From: Octopus bimaculoides
Lineage: Eukaryota
Direction: 5' to 3'
DNA: 64,000 nt
Assembly: GCF_001194135.2 (NCBI RefSeq)
Contig: NC_068988.1
Span: 33,947,684-34,011,683 of the forward strand
Part shown: piece by piece, positions 49,391-63,769 of the stretch
Numbering within the stretch: position 1 is the stretch's first letter
Layout of the letters: each line of letters opens with the position of its first letter
Made by a program: the position numbers and the translations under genes
The notes under the pieces: model-generated
What the model saw: only the letters and a program-made list of their open reading frames with translations
What the model was told of the DNA's origin: nothing
Database searches by the model: none

Positions 49391-50192
49391 ATAAGGAATA
49401 TACGCGCGCGCGCACACATACACGAGCTCTTNNNNNNNNNNCCCCAAGTACAACAACATCTGTTTCAACACACGATTTCACATAAAAAATCTTGCAAAAC
49501 AAATATATATATATATATTTATATATATATATATATGCATGTATGTATAATATGCATGCACGGATATGTAGATATATGCATATATAGAGAGTTGTGCCTT
49601 GGTAGCCAGCTGGAAAATATATTTTCCTGGGGTAAACAAAAAGGCAGTAACATCTTCATAATCGCAAAATATACTGATAATGACTACAGAAATCAACAAT
49701 CAACTGATTGAAGGCAGACGGGCTAAGACAATATCTCAGTATATATTCAAGTATTTCTGTAGTTATTATCAGTGCATTTTGGCGATTTAAATAAGAGGTT
49801 TGACTATTATTTCCAGCACGTAGACATACCTAGTATGTTTTTTGATTAACTTTAATCATTCATCAATTTAATGATTTTGTGGGCCTATATTATTGATTCT
49901 GTTGTTATCATTTATTGAATTGTTACACTAGATATTAACAGAGTCAATCATATCTTCGCAAATATTTACATCATAAGTGGGAAAATAATTGTTTTGTAAA
50001 CGCTTGTTCATGTAATTTTGTGTTAGTGAGTGTGTCAGCATGTATGTGTTTTTGGATGTCTGTGTGTTTGTTTTCTAATTTGAGCTAAAACTAGTACCGT
50101 TACTAATAACGAATACATATATATATGTGTGTATGTATGTGTGTGTGTGTGTAAATGTATATACCCATTCATACAATTCATACAGACACTCA

Positions 50193-50311
<119 letters not shown>

Positions 50312-50379
50312 ATACACATACACATGTGTGTGTGTGTGTATATATGTATATGTGTGTATATACGTACCCGTGGGAGTGA

Positions 50380-50910
50380 ATGTGTGTTTATAGGGTAGAT
50401 ATTTGTAAGTTTCCCTTACAAAGTATGACGCAACTCAAGACTAAGTTAGTATACAACTACTCAAAGTGGGATTGAATTGGAAACGTTGTTGTTATAAAGA
50501 GAATTCTAAAACATTCAGTTATTTCATGTTCTCAAAATGGAATACATTTTACTTCAAAATTTGCGTCAGTACACAAAACTCGTAAACTTCCTTCATGTAT
50601 CATCGAATGGTTGTGCCCAAAAAGAAGAGAATATACAACAGAAAATAATAAAATACATCTGAGAACATGAAAATTTAAATTAAATTTCGAAGATATGCAA
50701 CTGATAAGTTCGACATTATTTAAAAACCCAGCGGTAATAGTAAAGGCGATTATCGAAGCGTATCTAATGAGGCACTAAAGGAAGTATATCTAGACGGAAG
50801 AAAAACGAAATATATCAGGCGTATCACATATAAACGGTGAATATATACATTAGTCGAACAAAATAACTAAAGATATTGGCATTAAAATAACCATAAACTC
50901 AGCAGGGTTA
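50380..50910 (+). repeat. ~530-bp segment duplicated at 52565-53105 (direct orientation)
   Basis: Core TTTCGAAGATATGC..GATAAGTTCGACATTATTTAA..TATCGAAGCG..TAATGAGGCACTAAAG..GTATATCTAGACG.AAGAAAAACGAA.TATATCAGGCGTATCACATATAAA..ATAACTAAAGATATTG.CATTAAAAT..CCATAAAC is shared; weaker similarity extends upstream through a degraded SINE B head. Confidence 0.85.
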
Positions 50911-51041
50911 TTTATTTGGATGTGGATGTGTCCCAGTAAGGAGGTGAAATTTTGGGGTCTGCATCTGTAGAGTTAAACATACATACATATATATGTATGC
51001 ATGTATGTTGCATACAAATATATATATCTATGCATGTACGT

Positions 51042-51090
<49 letters not shown>

Positions 51091-51734
51091 CGTACGTGTG
51101 TGTGTATATATTNNNNNNNNNNTGTGTATATATTTATATGCACGTATATATATATATGTATATATGTATTTATATATATGTCTCCATATGCATATATATG
51201 TGGGAGGTGTATATCTGGATGTGTTTGTTTGTTTGTGTGTGAATCCTAACACGTAGTACTCTACCTATTCCCAATATGGAACGTAAGGAGAAATACGGGT
51301 TGAACAATGCTACCACCGCTCCTGGGCAATTTTCGTCAGCTACTGATATAGTACTCTGCTTTTTTTTTAAAACTAGAATTTTCGAAGAGATGTTTTTGAA
51401 CAGTTGGCTTACATCGTTCGCTTCACATAAGTCGCTAGTGGATACTTACTATTAATGAAGTGCAAAGAAGCATAACTCCGGCTTTAGCATTGCAGACTGC
51501 TGCTGATGGAGGATTCTCTCTTGCTGGTGATATCCTTTTGTGGTTTTTAAACACTACACGACTGCAAGAGATGTATTCTCGAGACGAATACTCCTGTTTA
51601 GATAGCTTTCAGTAGTGTATCTGATTTAAGTTTGACTGACAGTTTGCAAATTGGAACTAATACTCCTACCGTTGCTAGTAACCTAAATATATATATATAT
51701 ATATATATATANNNNNNNNNNATAGATAGATACA

Positions 51735-51838
<104 letters not shown>

Positions 51839-54233
51839 AAAATTAAAACTAGATGAAATGTCAGGGTTTATATGATAATAACAACAATTGTTTCTGTGCA
51901 TTGGTAACCGGTGTTAGTTCTTGTTTTTTTCTTTTTCATAAAATACTATTACATAAATATCATATAATGCAATATGATCCAGCAGCAGCTCTGTAACCCA
52001 ACATCATCAGGTGAGTGGCTTTGAGAGCACTGATGGATCCCATCCAGTTGTCCATTGTTTTATACTATATTTTGTTTTAACATTCCATTTATACTAAGTA
52101 GCATGCAGATCGTAGTAAACGCGAAAGCTACTAATTACAAAACAACTTTACTCAACGTAAATAAAAATTAATGCCATCATCATGTTACAAAATTTTTATA
52201 TAATTCTTGTTACACTAACGAAGTGTATATCGAGTAAATGTGTAACCTTGCTGTGTGATGACATGTGGTAGCCAATAACGTATAGGAGCTTTGAAATGCA
52301 CGCTATGAGCTTATTATCTAGATGATATTAAATGCAGACACACAAGCAATACATACATTAATACATACTGACACTCATATATAGAAACACATACACCTGC
52401 GCTTATGCGTGTGTATGTGTGTACGTGTGGATATATATGTGTGCGTGTGTGCGTGCGTGCGTGTGTGCGTGCGTGTGTGTCCGTGTGTGTGCGTGTGGGT
52501 GTGTGTATGGGCGCGTGCGTTGTGTGTGTGTGTGTGCGTGTGTGTGTGTGTGTGTGAATGCTTTGGAATGAATGTTTGTGCATTGGAGAGATACTTGTAC
52601 AATTTCCATTTGCACAAGATGAGGTTAGAACACAACTTCCGAAAGTCAGGTTATATATATATATCGGGAACCACGTCATTGAACAGCGTATTATTAACCA
52701 CACTGCCATGCCTGCTCCCATAATGGAACGATTTTTGTTTAAAATGTGCTTCAGTAAGCAAAAATCCAAAAATTCCTTTTTATATTTTGTCAAATGTCTC
52801 TGCCCAACAGGAAGAGAATGTGCAAGAGACAATAATAAAGGCAAAATTTTAGAAAACATCAAAATAAATATAAATATATTTCGAAGATATGCGATAGATA
52901 AGTTCGACATTATTTAACATCTTGGAGGCGGTGGAAATAATAAACAATATTATCGAAGCGAATTTAATGAGGCACTAAAGTGTGTATATCTAGACGAAAG
53001 AAAAACGAATTATATCAGGCGTATCACATATAAAACAGCGAATATATACAGCAGTCGAAATAATAACTAAAGATATTGACATTAAAATCACCATAAACAA
53101 AGCAATAAAATAGCTTGCCTGGAAAAAGTACATGGAAAACATTAATGGTAAGATGTGTTTTGGAAATAATATGATATTCTAAATGGAATTATGAAAACCT
53201 GAACGACTGAAAGGAAGCAATACTATGCAAATTCACACACATATATACGTTCATACACATAAATATGTTATATATATATATATNNNNNNNNNNNNNNNNN
53301 NNNNNNNNNNNNNNNNNNNNNNNNNNNNNNNNNNNNNNNNNNNNNNNNNNNNNNNNNNNNNNNNNNNNNNNNNNNNNNNNNNNNNNNNNNNNNNNNNNNN
53401 NNNNNNNNNNNNNNNNNNNNNNNNNNNNNNNNNNNNNNNNNNNNNNNNNNNNNNNNNNNNNNNNNNNNNNNNNNNNNNNNNNNNNNNNNNNNNNNNNNNN
53501 NNNNNNNNNNNNNNNNNNNNNNNNNNNNNNNNNNNNNNNNNNNNNNNNNNNNNNNNNNNNNNNNNNNNNNNNNNNNNNNNNNNNNNNNNNNNNNNNNNNN
53601 NNNNNNNNNNNNNNNNNNNNNNNNNNNNNNNNNNNNNNNNNNNNNNNNNNNNNNNNNNNNNNNNNNNNNNNNNNNNNNNNNNNNNNNNNNNNNNNNNNNN
53701 NNNNNNNNNNNNNNNNNNNNNNNNNNNNNNNNNNNNNNNNNNNNNNNNNNNNNNNNNNNNNNNNNNNNNNNNNNNNNNNNNNNNNNNNNNNNNNNNNNNN
53801 NNNNNNNNNNNNNNNNNNNNNNNNNNNNNNNNNNNNNNNNNNNNNNNNNNNNNNNNNNNNNNNNNNNNNNNNNNNNNNNNNNNNNNNNNNNNNNNNNNNN
53901 NNNNNNNNNNNATATATATAAATTCTCTGTTACAGTAAGATCAATTAAAGGTGTTATATCCGGAGAGAAATAACGATCATTTAATGTACGCAGTATAAAG
54001 TTACGAGCTACTAATGGTTTCATGCATTGGAGACAGGGCTTCGATGTTCTTAGCCATTATTTTCGCTAAAAGTAGATATATTCTGTTACCCGTTATTCGT
54101 CGATTTTGTTATTCGTCTCTTTGTGCAAAATTGTATATTCTGTTATCTGTCTAATTATGTACAATATTTGTCTACCCATAACTTTCTTGCACCATGACTT
54201 TCTCGTCAACCCTTAATTTCTTGCAGTACCTCG

Positions 54234-54299
54234 CGTAGTACCACCGTAGCTGGTACTACGGTAATGTTACAGCGACTCAGTTGAGATAGGAGTCGCTGT
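54234..54299. other. Two adjacent perfect 10-bp stem-loops
   Basis: CGTAGTACCA-ccgtagc-TGGTACTACG (54234-54260) and ACAGCGACTC-agttgagatag-GAGTCGCTGT (54269-54299). Confidence 0.85.
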
Positions 54300-54798
54300 C
54301 CTTAGCTATCATATTACACTTTCAGAAACTATATTTGTAACCTCAACGGCCAACTTTGTTGGTCATTCTCTCCTTTCAATGTTGGCCTCGACAGACTTCA
54401 GCCACGTCGTTGCTGTATTTTTGTTTGTAGAATTACGTTTCATCTGATGATTACGCTTTTTTGTAATGGAGTAATGTTCGCATTCTTCTATCCCAAAAGA
54501 TGTATAAGAAACTATTGTAATGAGGTGATAATTATCCATCGAATGTTATTATTCATTTGATTATAATACCGCAAGGAGATTTAAGACTTGTCAGACACCA
54601 ACAACATACAATTCAAGGTAGCGCTTGCTTTAGACCAGCCCCATAGGCGCTAAATACTCATAAGGTTGTTTTTTTTCTGAGTACACAACCGGAATATCCT
54701 ATTTGATATTTACCAAACATCGGCCGGAACAACAGGTTTATCCAACCCTACCTGGAGTATATATTTTCAAGTACTTGATTCTATCTGAATTCTTCTTT

Positions 54799-54866
<68 letters not shown>

Positions 54867-54876
54867 NNNNNNNNNN

Positions 54877-54951
<75 letters not shown>

Positions 54952-55317
54952 TGTGTGTATGTATATATGTATATATAAAAATGTATTTACATATACATAC
55001 ATGCATACATATACGTGCATACATACATGCATACATATACGTGCATACATACATGCATACATACATACATTCATACATACATACATACGTACATACATAC
55101 ATATATATAAGTACGTTTATATATATCAAACAAAGCATGTTTATCTGCATCCCTGTTTCCAGATCAGCTTAACTGGATTTCATATAGCCACTCTTTACCC
55201 TTGGACTCAGCCTCGGATAAACACTTCGGAATATAAGTTCAAATCATTTCAGCACTACTGTTTTCTATATTGAGAATCTCTTTATCTCAAACGTTGAATG
55301 TTTGCGTGTGTGTGTGT

Positions 55318-55373
<56 letters not shown>

Positions 55374-55763
55374 ACGCACAGCAGTTAACAGGTGAAATAT
55401 AATTTTGCCAGTTTATTGTGTATTCACAGCATGAAACTAATAATAGCGCATCTTTAAGCTGTTGTATTCTATGTTGATCCTACCAATAACAACAGGAATC
55501 TCTATATACATATGTGCGTGTATCTCATAGCGTATATTTATATATGAACGCACAATATATTTTTACGTGTAGAATTTTATGAGGGCTTCTCTCATGGTAT
55601 CTACGACAGTAATGTTTGTTCGAACAGGGCATTCACGTTTAAGTGGGAATAAATATTACGTGTATGCTTATGCACATGTATATTTATGACTATTCCGGTA
55701 TACATGCACATATGGTGCTCATATATATATACATATATATATATGTGTGTGTGTGTGTGTATT

Positions 55764-55800
<37 letters not shown>

Positions 55801-57520
55801 TATATGTGTATAAATATATATGTATATATAAATATATATATNNNNNNNNNNNNNNNNNNNNNNNNNNNNNNNNNNNNNNNNNNNNNNNNNNNNNNNNNNN
55901 NNNNNNNNNNNNNNNNNNNNNNNNNNNNNNNNNNNNNNNNNNNNNNNNNNNNNNNNNNNNNNNNNNNNNNNNNNNNNNNNNNNNNNNNNNNNNNNNNNNN
56001 NNNNNNNNNNNNNNNNNNNNNNNNNNNNNNNNNNNNNNNNNNNNNNNNNNNNNNNNNNNNNNNNNNNNNNNNNNNNNNNNNNNNNNNNNNNNNNNNNNNN
56101 NNNNNNNNNNNNNNNNNNNNNNNNNNNNNNNNNNNNNNNNNNNNNNNNNNNNNNNNNNNNNNNNNNNNNNNNNNNNNNNNNNNNNNNNNNNNNNNNNNNN
56201 NNNNNNNNNNNNNNNNNNNNNNNNNNNNNNNNNNNNNNNNNNNNNNNNNNNNNNNNNNNNNNNNNNNNNNNNTATAATGTAAATAATATATAAATACATG
56301 AATATATACATACATATATGTACATACCTAGATATATATGTATATATACTTGCATATATGGGTACAGGACATCAAAAAACGTAGACACAATGAGAAAACG
56401 AAAACATAAAATCAAAAATATAGAAAGCGAACTGTTTTCGAACAACGAAAAAAACAAACAGAGAAACGAGACATGCAACAGAAAGAACATTCCTTTTCAT
56501 CAGTTGTCCCTGTTTCATCTATTCCGTGTTTTGAAGATTAGCACTAGACGCGACTTTGTTGAAACAGTCCTTGCCGCAAGGCAAATTTTAAAAAATTGGG
56601 GACTTTTTGCGAAGAGTGAAAGTGGTAACAAAAACAGGACAGTGAGAACAAGACAGTAAAAGACAAACGGTGAGGGCTGTTAAACCAAGACGATATGAAA
56701 AATCTTATGAACGCTAGAAAGACTAGCTATGAGAAGAGACAGGTAAAGGCACGCCTTGTTTTACGAAGGAAGTGGAAGAAAGATCGCTTTTCGTCACGTG
56801 TCAGCAACGAGAGTCAAAGAGGAAGAGTGAAAGAGAGAGTGAACGGTGAGGGGGAGAGGGGGATAATAGGGAAAGGGTGGGCGAGAAAAACAGAAACGAA
56901 GAAGAACAAGAGAGGAAGAAAGATAGACACAGAAGAGGTAGAAGAGATAGAAGAGTGGAAGAGATAGGAGAAGAGTGCGCATCTTAATTATTAACATAAA
57001 ACTTACTTGGAAAAGGATGCGTGACGTTTGATCATATAATACTATAAATAATATATAAATACATGCATATGTACATACATATATGTACATACCTACATAT
57101 ATATGTACATATACANNNNNNNNNNNNNNNNNNNNNNNNNNNNNNNNNNNNNNNNNNNNNNNNNNNNNNNNNNNNNNNNNNNNNNNNNNNNNNNNNNNNN
57201 NNNNNNNNNNNNNNNNNNNNNNNNNNNNNNNNNNNNNNNNNNNNNNNNNNNNNNNNNNNNNNNNNNNNNNNNNNNNNNNNNNNNNNNNNNNNNNNNNNNN
57301 NNNNNNNNNNNNNNNNNNNNNNNNNNNNNNNNNNNNNNNNNNNNNNNNNNNNNNNNNNNNNNNNNNNNNNNNNNNNNNNNNNNNNNNNNNNNNNNNNNNN
57401 NNNNNNNNNNNNNNNNNNNNNNNNNNNNNNNNNNNNNNNNNNNNNNNNNNNNNNNNNNNNNNNNNNNNNNNNNNNNNNNNNNNNNNNNNNNNNNNNNNNN
57501 NNNNNNNNNNNNNNNNNNNN

Positions 57521-57790
57521 NAAACACTTTAATGATGTGGGAGGTGAGTGAGATTGGGCGATAGTTGACTGCGAGTGATCTGTTTCCCTGGTTGAAAACC
57601 GGGATGACAGACTGGGATAGGAGCTGTTTCGGAATACAACCTGAGTCTAAAGAATTTCTCCAGAGGTTGGTCAGAGGGACTGCAAGTTGGTCTCGACATC
57701 TATCAGGGGCCACAGCAGAATAGTGTTTGATCTCATTTACTGCTGCTATGATGTCTGAAGCGTTGAAGGATAGAAAATGTGGCAAATATT
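57521..57790 (-). mobile_element. CR1-like LINE fragment (pre-RT region), cut by a gap
   Basis: DIIAAVNEIKHYSAVAPD..LAVPLTNLWRNSLDSGCIPKQLLSQSVIPVFNQGNRSLAVNYRPISLTSHIIKVF. It overlaps the same motif present in 48075-49390, so it is a separate copy. Confidence 0.9.
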
Positions 57791-59082
57791 TTCAAAATAA
57801 GAGTAGAATTGTTGCGAGTGAAGCATCTATTAGTAGTTTATACACCGACCACCATTTTAGTTTAAAAGAAAGTGACATTCTGCAAACTGAATCACATGTA
57901 CAAATATTGTGTATACAATGGAAGCTAGATCAGACCATTTTTGTTTTACTGAAGCAAGGGCACGCATTGTATACATCAGTGAGAAATTACAGATTTTTGA
58001 TTATTATAGTGACCTTCTCCGGTGTTTATTTTGGCAGATTCACACTATTTCAGTAAAGAGTGGTATACTTCCAGAAAAAAAATCTGGTCCCCACTCACCT
58101 GCTAGTGTCATGATATTTGATAACGTCGTAAAAGAAATGTGCTGAGCTGCTAAATTCCATTAAGCTTGTGATCGGCATATATGCTCATAGTCTTGATATA
58201 CTCTCTCTTTTCTCTCTCTTTCTCTCTCTCAAACACGATCACACATACACATAGACACACACACAGACACACACACACGCACAAACAAACAAAGGAACAA
58301 ACACACAAGAAGACACACACATATATATACATACACACATACATATATGCATACACCATCATATATATGTATGTATATATATATGTATGTATATATATAT
58401 ATATAAATGTAGGCATTTATTTATTTTCAATTTTGTTTGTTCACCTTTGCCACTTATATAGTCCCTTGCGACAGAATCTTAAATTTTCTTCGCAATAAAG
58501 TGGTTCACTTTCAGCATCAGACTTAAAGATGGCTTGGAATTAGCTGTCCTTATTTTAAGTGATTTCTTTTTTTATTCCTCAACCAAATAATATATACAAT
58601 TACGGTATACTTGGAGCAGGTGGCCATAACACGCATTGAAGACGTTGGTTTATATTATTTGATCTCAAGCATATGAGTACCGTTTACGTGGCAAAGGGAA
58701 ACATTGGTACCGCACATCTAAAGTTTTCTTTAGTGTGGAACAATGAATCAAAGGCATACACAATATTTTGGTATACTATCACATAGGTAGATATATACAT
58801 ATATAGATGAAGGGAACGGGAGAAGGAGACACACACACGGAGGGAAATATATATGCATGTATGTATATATGCATATATATATACTATTTTACTATTTTTA
58901 CTATTTTACTTGTTTCAGTCTTTTGACTGTGGCCATGCTGGAGCACCACCTTTATATATATATATATACACACACAAAGACTCACACACACACACACGTG
59001 TGTGTGACTGTGTGTGCATGTATTTGTGTGCATGCATCCATGTAGGTATGTGAGCATGAATACATCCATTTATGATAGATAG

Positions 59083-59113
<31 letters not shown>

Positions 59114-60326
59114 GATAAATAGATAGATAGATGTTAGTATGTATTTATGTTTTGTATGAATATATGAGTGTATGCTTGCATGTAAGTTTGTTTTAATGTA
59201 TATGTTTTTTCTCTGGTTTTCTGCTTAAGAATCGATCAGTTATGCACAAAAGTTTAGTGTCTAGGTTACAAGCAAGGCCCTATCGTAGCGGTACGGAATA
59301 TTTAGTCAATACACATGTACACAGGCAAGTATTTGTAGGTATATGTGTGTGTGTGTGCGTGTGTGTGGGGGTTTGTGTGTGTGTGTGCAGGCATGTATAT
59401 ATATATATGTATGTGTGTGTTTGTGTGTGTGTGTGNNNNNNNNNNNNNNNNNNNNNNNNNNNNNNNNNNNNNNNNNNNNNNNNNNNNNNNNNNNNNNNNN
59501 NNNNNNNNNNNNNNNNNNNNNNNNNNNNNNNNNNNNNNNNNNNNNNNNNNNNNNNNNNNNNNNNNNNNNNNNNNNNNNNNNNNNNNNNNNNNNNNNNNNN
59601 NNNNNNNNNNNNNNNNNNNNNNNNNNNNNNNNNNNNNNNNNNNNNNNNNNNNNNNNNNNNNNNNNNNNNNNNNNNNNNNNNNNNNNNNNNNNNNNNNNNN
59701 NNNNNNNNNNNNNNNNNNNNNNNNNNNNNNNNNNNNNNNNNNNNNNNNNNNNNNNNNNNNNNNNNNNNNNNNNNNNNNNNNNNNNNNNNNNNNNNNNNNN
59801 NNNNNNNNNNNNNNNNNNNNNNNNNNNNNNNNNNNNNNNNNNNNNNNNNNNNNNNNNNNNNNNNNNNNNNNNNNNNNNNNNNNNNNNNNNNNNNNNNNNN
59901 NNNNNNNNNNNNNNNNNNNNNNNNNNNNNNNNNNNNNNNNNNNNNNNNNNNNNNNNNNNNNNNNNNNNNNNNNNNNNNNNNNNNNNNNNNNNNNNNNNNN
60001 NNNNNNNNNNNNNNNNNNNNNNNNNNNNNNNNNNNNNNNNNNNNNNNNNNNNNNNNNNNNNNNNNNNNNNNNNNNNNNNNNNNNNNNNNNNNNNNNNNNN
60101 NNNNNNNNNNNNNNNNNNNNNNNNNNNNNNNNNNNNNNNNNNNNNNNNNNNNNNNNNNNNNNNNNNNNNNNNNNNNNNNNNNNNNNNNNNNNNNNNNNNN
60201 NNNNNNNNNNNNNNNNNNNNNNNNNNNNNNNNNNNNNNNNNNNNNNNNNNNNNNNNNNNNNNNNNNNNNNNNNNNNNNNNNNNNNNNNNNNNNNNNNNNN
60301 NNNNNNNNNNNNNNNNNNNNNNNNNN

Positions 60327-61028
60327 GCATCAACTTCATGACGAAGATCAAGGTCTACAAAGCTGTGGTATACACCGCCCTACTCTATGAATGTGAGTCG
60401 TGGACCGTCTACCAACGCCACGCCAAAAAAAACTAGAAAAACTAAATCACTTCCACACCACTAGGCTGAGGAAACTACTTGGCATAAGCTGGCAGGAAAG
60501 GATACCAGACACAGAAGTCCTCACTCGTGCCGGGTTCCCAAGCAACCCTACCATCCTGATGAAAACTCAGCTTCGCTGGGCTGGTGATGTAGCCGCATGC
60601 CAGATTACAGAATACCCAAGAAGCTTCTGTTTGTGAGCTCCAGCATGGCAAGCGCTCCCATGGCGGCCAGAGGAAACGGTTTAAAGACAGCCTAAATGTA
60701 TCACTGAAGGCCTTCAACATTGACCTGACCCGTCATCATGGGAGCTGACAGCTTTAGATAGGATCAAGTGTCGGGCCACTGTTCACAACGGTGTCCGCCA
60801 ATGTGAACGTGACAGGAAAGCTACTGCAGAGAAGCGCAGGCAGAACAGAAAGAACAAAGCTTTGAAGCCCCCGGCACCTACTACCATTCCCGGTCCCTAC
60901 TGCAGCAGATCTTTTCAAGCGAGGATTGGGCTTATCAGCCATCTCCGCACTCACCGATGATGACATCCCCACCCGCCTCTAGGATGATCAGATGGTCCTC
61001 GTCGTTTCGACGGACGAACAACAACACC
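60327..61028 (+). mobile_element. RTE-clade LINE 3' end, relatively young
   Basis: TKIKVYKAVVYTALLYECESWTVYQRH..HFHTTRLRKLLGISWQERIPDTEVL..QLRWAG..GKRSHGGQRKRFKDSL..PYCSRSFQARIGLISHLRTHR* (stop 60958-60960); 3' stem-loop GTC-CT-CGTCG-TTT-CGACG-GAC (60995-61015) and (AAC)n tail. Confidence 0.95.
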
Positions 61029-62284
61029 TACATTATGCCGATGACTGACAAGTATATGTGTGTGACGGTGACGTACAGTTTTGTAACCACTGACACACAC
61101 ATGCACACACACACGTCTAAAGACAGAGACTGACACATACAGGGAAAGAGATAGGGTTCAGGTGTGCGGTAATGTACGTGTGTGTGTCTCTTACTTTATG
61201 TATGTAACTTTTCCCCCACCAACAGTGAAATGCGCCGATATTGGAAGTTTACTTGCGGTCTGCATTTCAAACAAACAGCAACGTTCACTTTCAAGTACTA
61301 CCAACATGCAGATTTAACTGATTTAACAGCACTCTCAATACTCGCAAATATATCTGAAAAAAAAATGTTATTCTGGTTATTATAACAAATCGGAAACTTA
61401 GCGAAGTAGAAAGCCCAGTTTGAAGGTAATATATTTTAAAACAGTCTTTGTATTCTTCATCACTGTGAGTATCAACGTCGCACAACATTTGTACTGCGTT
61501 ACTCAGTATTTATTTTGCAGTATATAACTTCACACAGTTCAAAAATATGTATTAATGTCAAATTAAATTATATCTTACTACAATAATCCTTCAGCAAATA
61601 TTTTAAATTAACGTTCACAACAACAGCATCTTCCTTTTTATACTCTTGGTTCAGCGTTCGTTTCAAAATTTTAAAATAAATTATTTTTGTACGAAAAATT
61701 CAATTATGCCTGCTAAATTTTCTTGGACTTTCACTTTCTTCACTGTGGCGTTCATGCTATCGTGAATTTTAAAACAATTAGTACGTGCTACAAATAAATG
61801 TTTACTTTCTGTACTCTCTTACATTGGTGACGCATTTTAACTTTTTGCTAAAGTGTTGACTTTCATTTGTTTAAAGCATAACTATGCTACAGAAAGTATG
61901 TTGTGCACTTATATTGACTACATTTCGTTTCGCTTGAACTATGTATGTGTACGTTTTGCTGTTTTCATTATTATCAATTTTGTGTGTGTGTGTGTGTGTG
62001 TGTTTTACGCTGTTTTAATGGGCCCATATTAGTTAACGAAGTAGCCATCCTTATGGTTGGTGATCATGATATTCTCATTCGTGTTCCAGATAACAACCTT
62101 AACGTGTTTCACAGACTCATCTCTCTTATGATGTTCTCCACTATACTTTCATTCTGTGTAATTGACAAGACGTGTATTATTTCATTATTTCGCAGTTTGA
62201 ACCTGCAATAGGATAGCCAATTACAAACAAAAGGGGGTCGTCAAATAATTTCTATTCTTACCAACTGATATTAAGACCAGAACA

Positions 62285-62505
62285 ATCAAATGCTTTCTAC
62301 TATAGGCACAACTCTTGAAATTTCGGGGGCGGAGACCTGTCGATTACATCGACCCCAGTGTCTCACTGCTACTTAATTTATCAACCCCGAGAGGATGAAA
62401 GGCAAAGTTTACCCCGGCGGCATTTGGACTCAGAAAGTAACGACAGGCGAAATTCCGCTCAAGCATTCTGCTCCGGATGCTAACGATTCTACCAGCTCGC
62501 CACCT
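62285..62505 (-). mobile_element. SINE family A, full length
   Basis: GCTTTCTACTATAGGCACAA..ACTTAATTTATCAACCCCGAGAGGATGAAAGGCAAAG..GCTAACGATTCTACCAGCTCGCC. Confidence 0.9.
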
Positions 62506-63102
62506 TCCAGAACAATCAAATCAATTACACATGTCAAACAAACTTTATTTTCGTTTCCATATTTTCTACGTTATCTCAATAACCAGCTTTAGTTATTTCA
62601 AATGCCCTTCTCTAAAACGACCAGGTTTCATTAGAAAATGAAAATAGCTTCACACTTGCTATTTGAACCAAAACTACAAAGTGTCGCATAACGGGAGTGA
62701 CGATATGTGAATAATGAAAGTAATGTTTCTCGGAATTAGTCACATCCGTATTATAATAAAGATAGCTTCTTATTATCTATCTACCAAATAAACTGCTTTT
62801 GACTCAACGACTCTTTTTTAAAACTAAAATAACCTCGGCAACGAGGTTGGGTCGCACAATTTTGAGGTCATGTGAAGGACAATATATTGATGTGCTTCTA
62901 ATGTATCACTTTCGTCCGATGTTTTACACATGCGTAGAATTCTACTCAGACAAACATCTATGAAAGTGTACACATAAATACTGTATTAAAATAAGCCACA
63001 ACCAAAATCGTTGCATTAAAAGACATCCATTTTTCTATATGTTATAAGGAAATATAGCCTCTCTCTCTTTCTCTCGTCAAATAGATGTTTGCATATGTAT
63101 TT

Positions 63103-63186
63103 ATGGGCGAAGGTCAAGAATACGCACTCCCGGTGTTTAGGTTATGCCGAAAACAGGTGGTGTACGTATTCTTATCCTCCGCCCAT
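63103..63186. ncRNA. Candidate miRNA-like hairpin (84 nt)
   Basis: Ungapped 36-position stem with a 12-nt loop: 28 Watson-Crick pairs; 31/36 paired on the minus strand, where three A-C mismatches become G-U. 13-bp lower stem plus 23-bp upper stem. Confidence 0.4.
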
Positions 63187-63565
63187 TTTATGTACGTGTA
63201 TATGAGAGATAATGTGTGTGAGAGAGAAAGAGAGAGAGAGATAGAGAGCGAGTGAGTACCACTTGCACATGCANNNNNNNNNNNNNNNNNNNNNNNNNNN
63301 NNNNNNNNNNNNNNNNNNNNNNNNNNNNNNNNNNNNNNNNNNNNNNNNNNNNNNNNNNNNNNNNNNNNNNNNNTTGTTCTTATGGTGATTATATAACAAA
63401 GTTGTTGCTACATCTTATATTAGTTGTTTGTCATTGTTACCCTCAAAGCTCTATATTTATGTGCATGTATATTAGTGTGTATGTGTGTGTGTATAAGTTA
63501 GATATTAACAGAAATATATATGTATACATAAATTAATGTTCTTTCATAACTTTGTGTGTGTGAGT

Positions 63566-63635
<70 letters not shown>

Positions 63636-63712
63636 ATGTATATATATGTATATGTATATATTCATAGATATATATACAGATGTTTGTATATGAATATATA
63701 TGCATACGTATG

Positions 63713-63769
<57 letters not shown>

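Noticed and set aside
54234-54299. HDV-like ribozyme, Helitron 3' end or CRESS-virus origin
   Set aside because: No P2/P3/L3 geometry, no CTRR at the expected distance, and no nonanucleotide in either loop.
56440-56540. Canonical CTGATGA plus a 6-bp helix on the minus strand as a hammerhead
   Set aside because: No GAAA after helix II; the segment folds as a simple long hairpin within an unclassified repeat.
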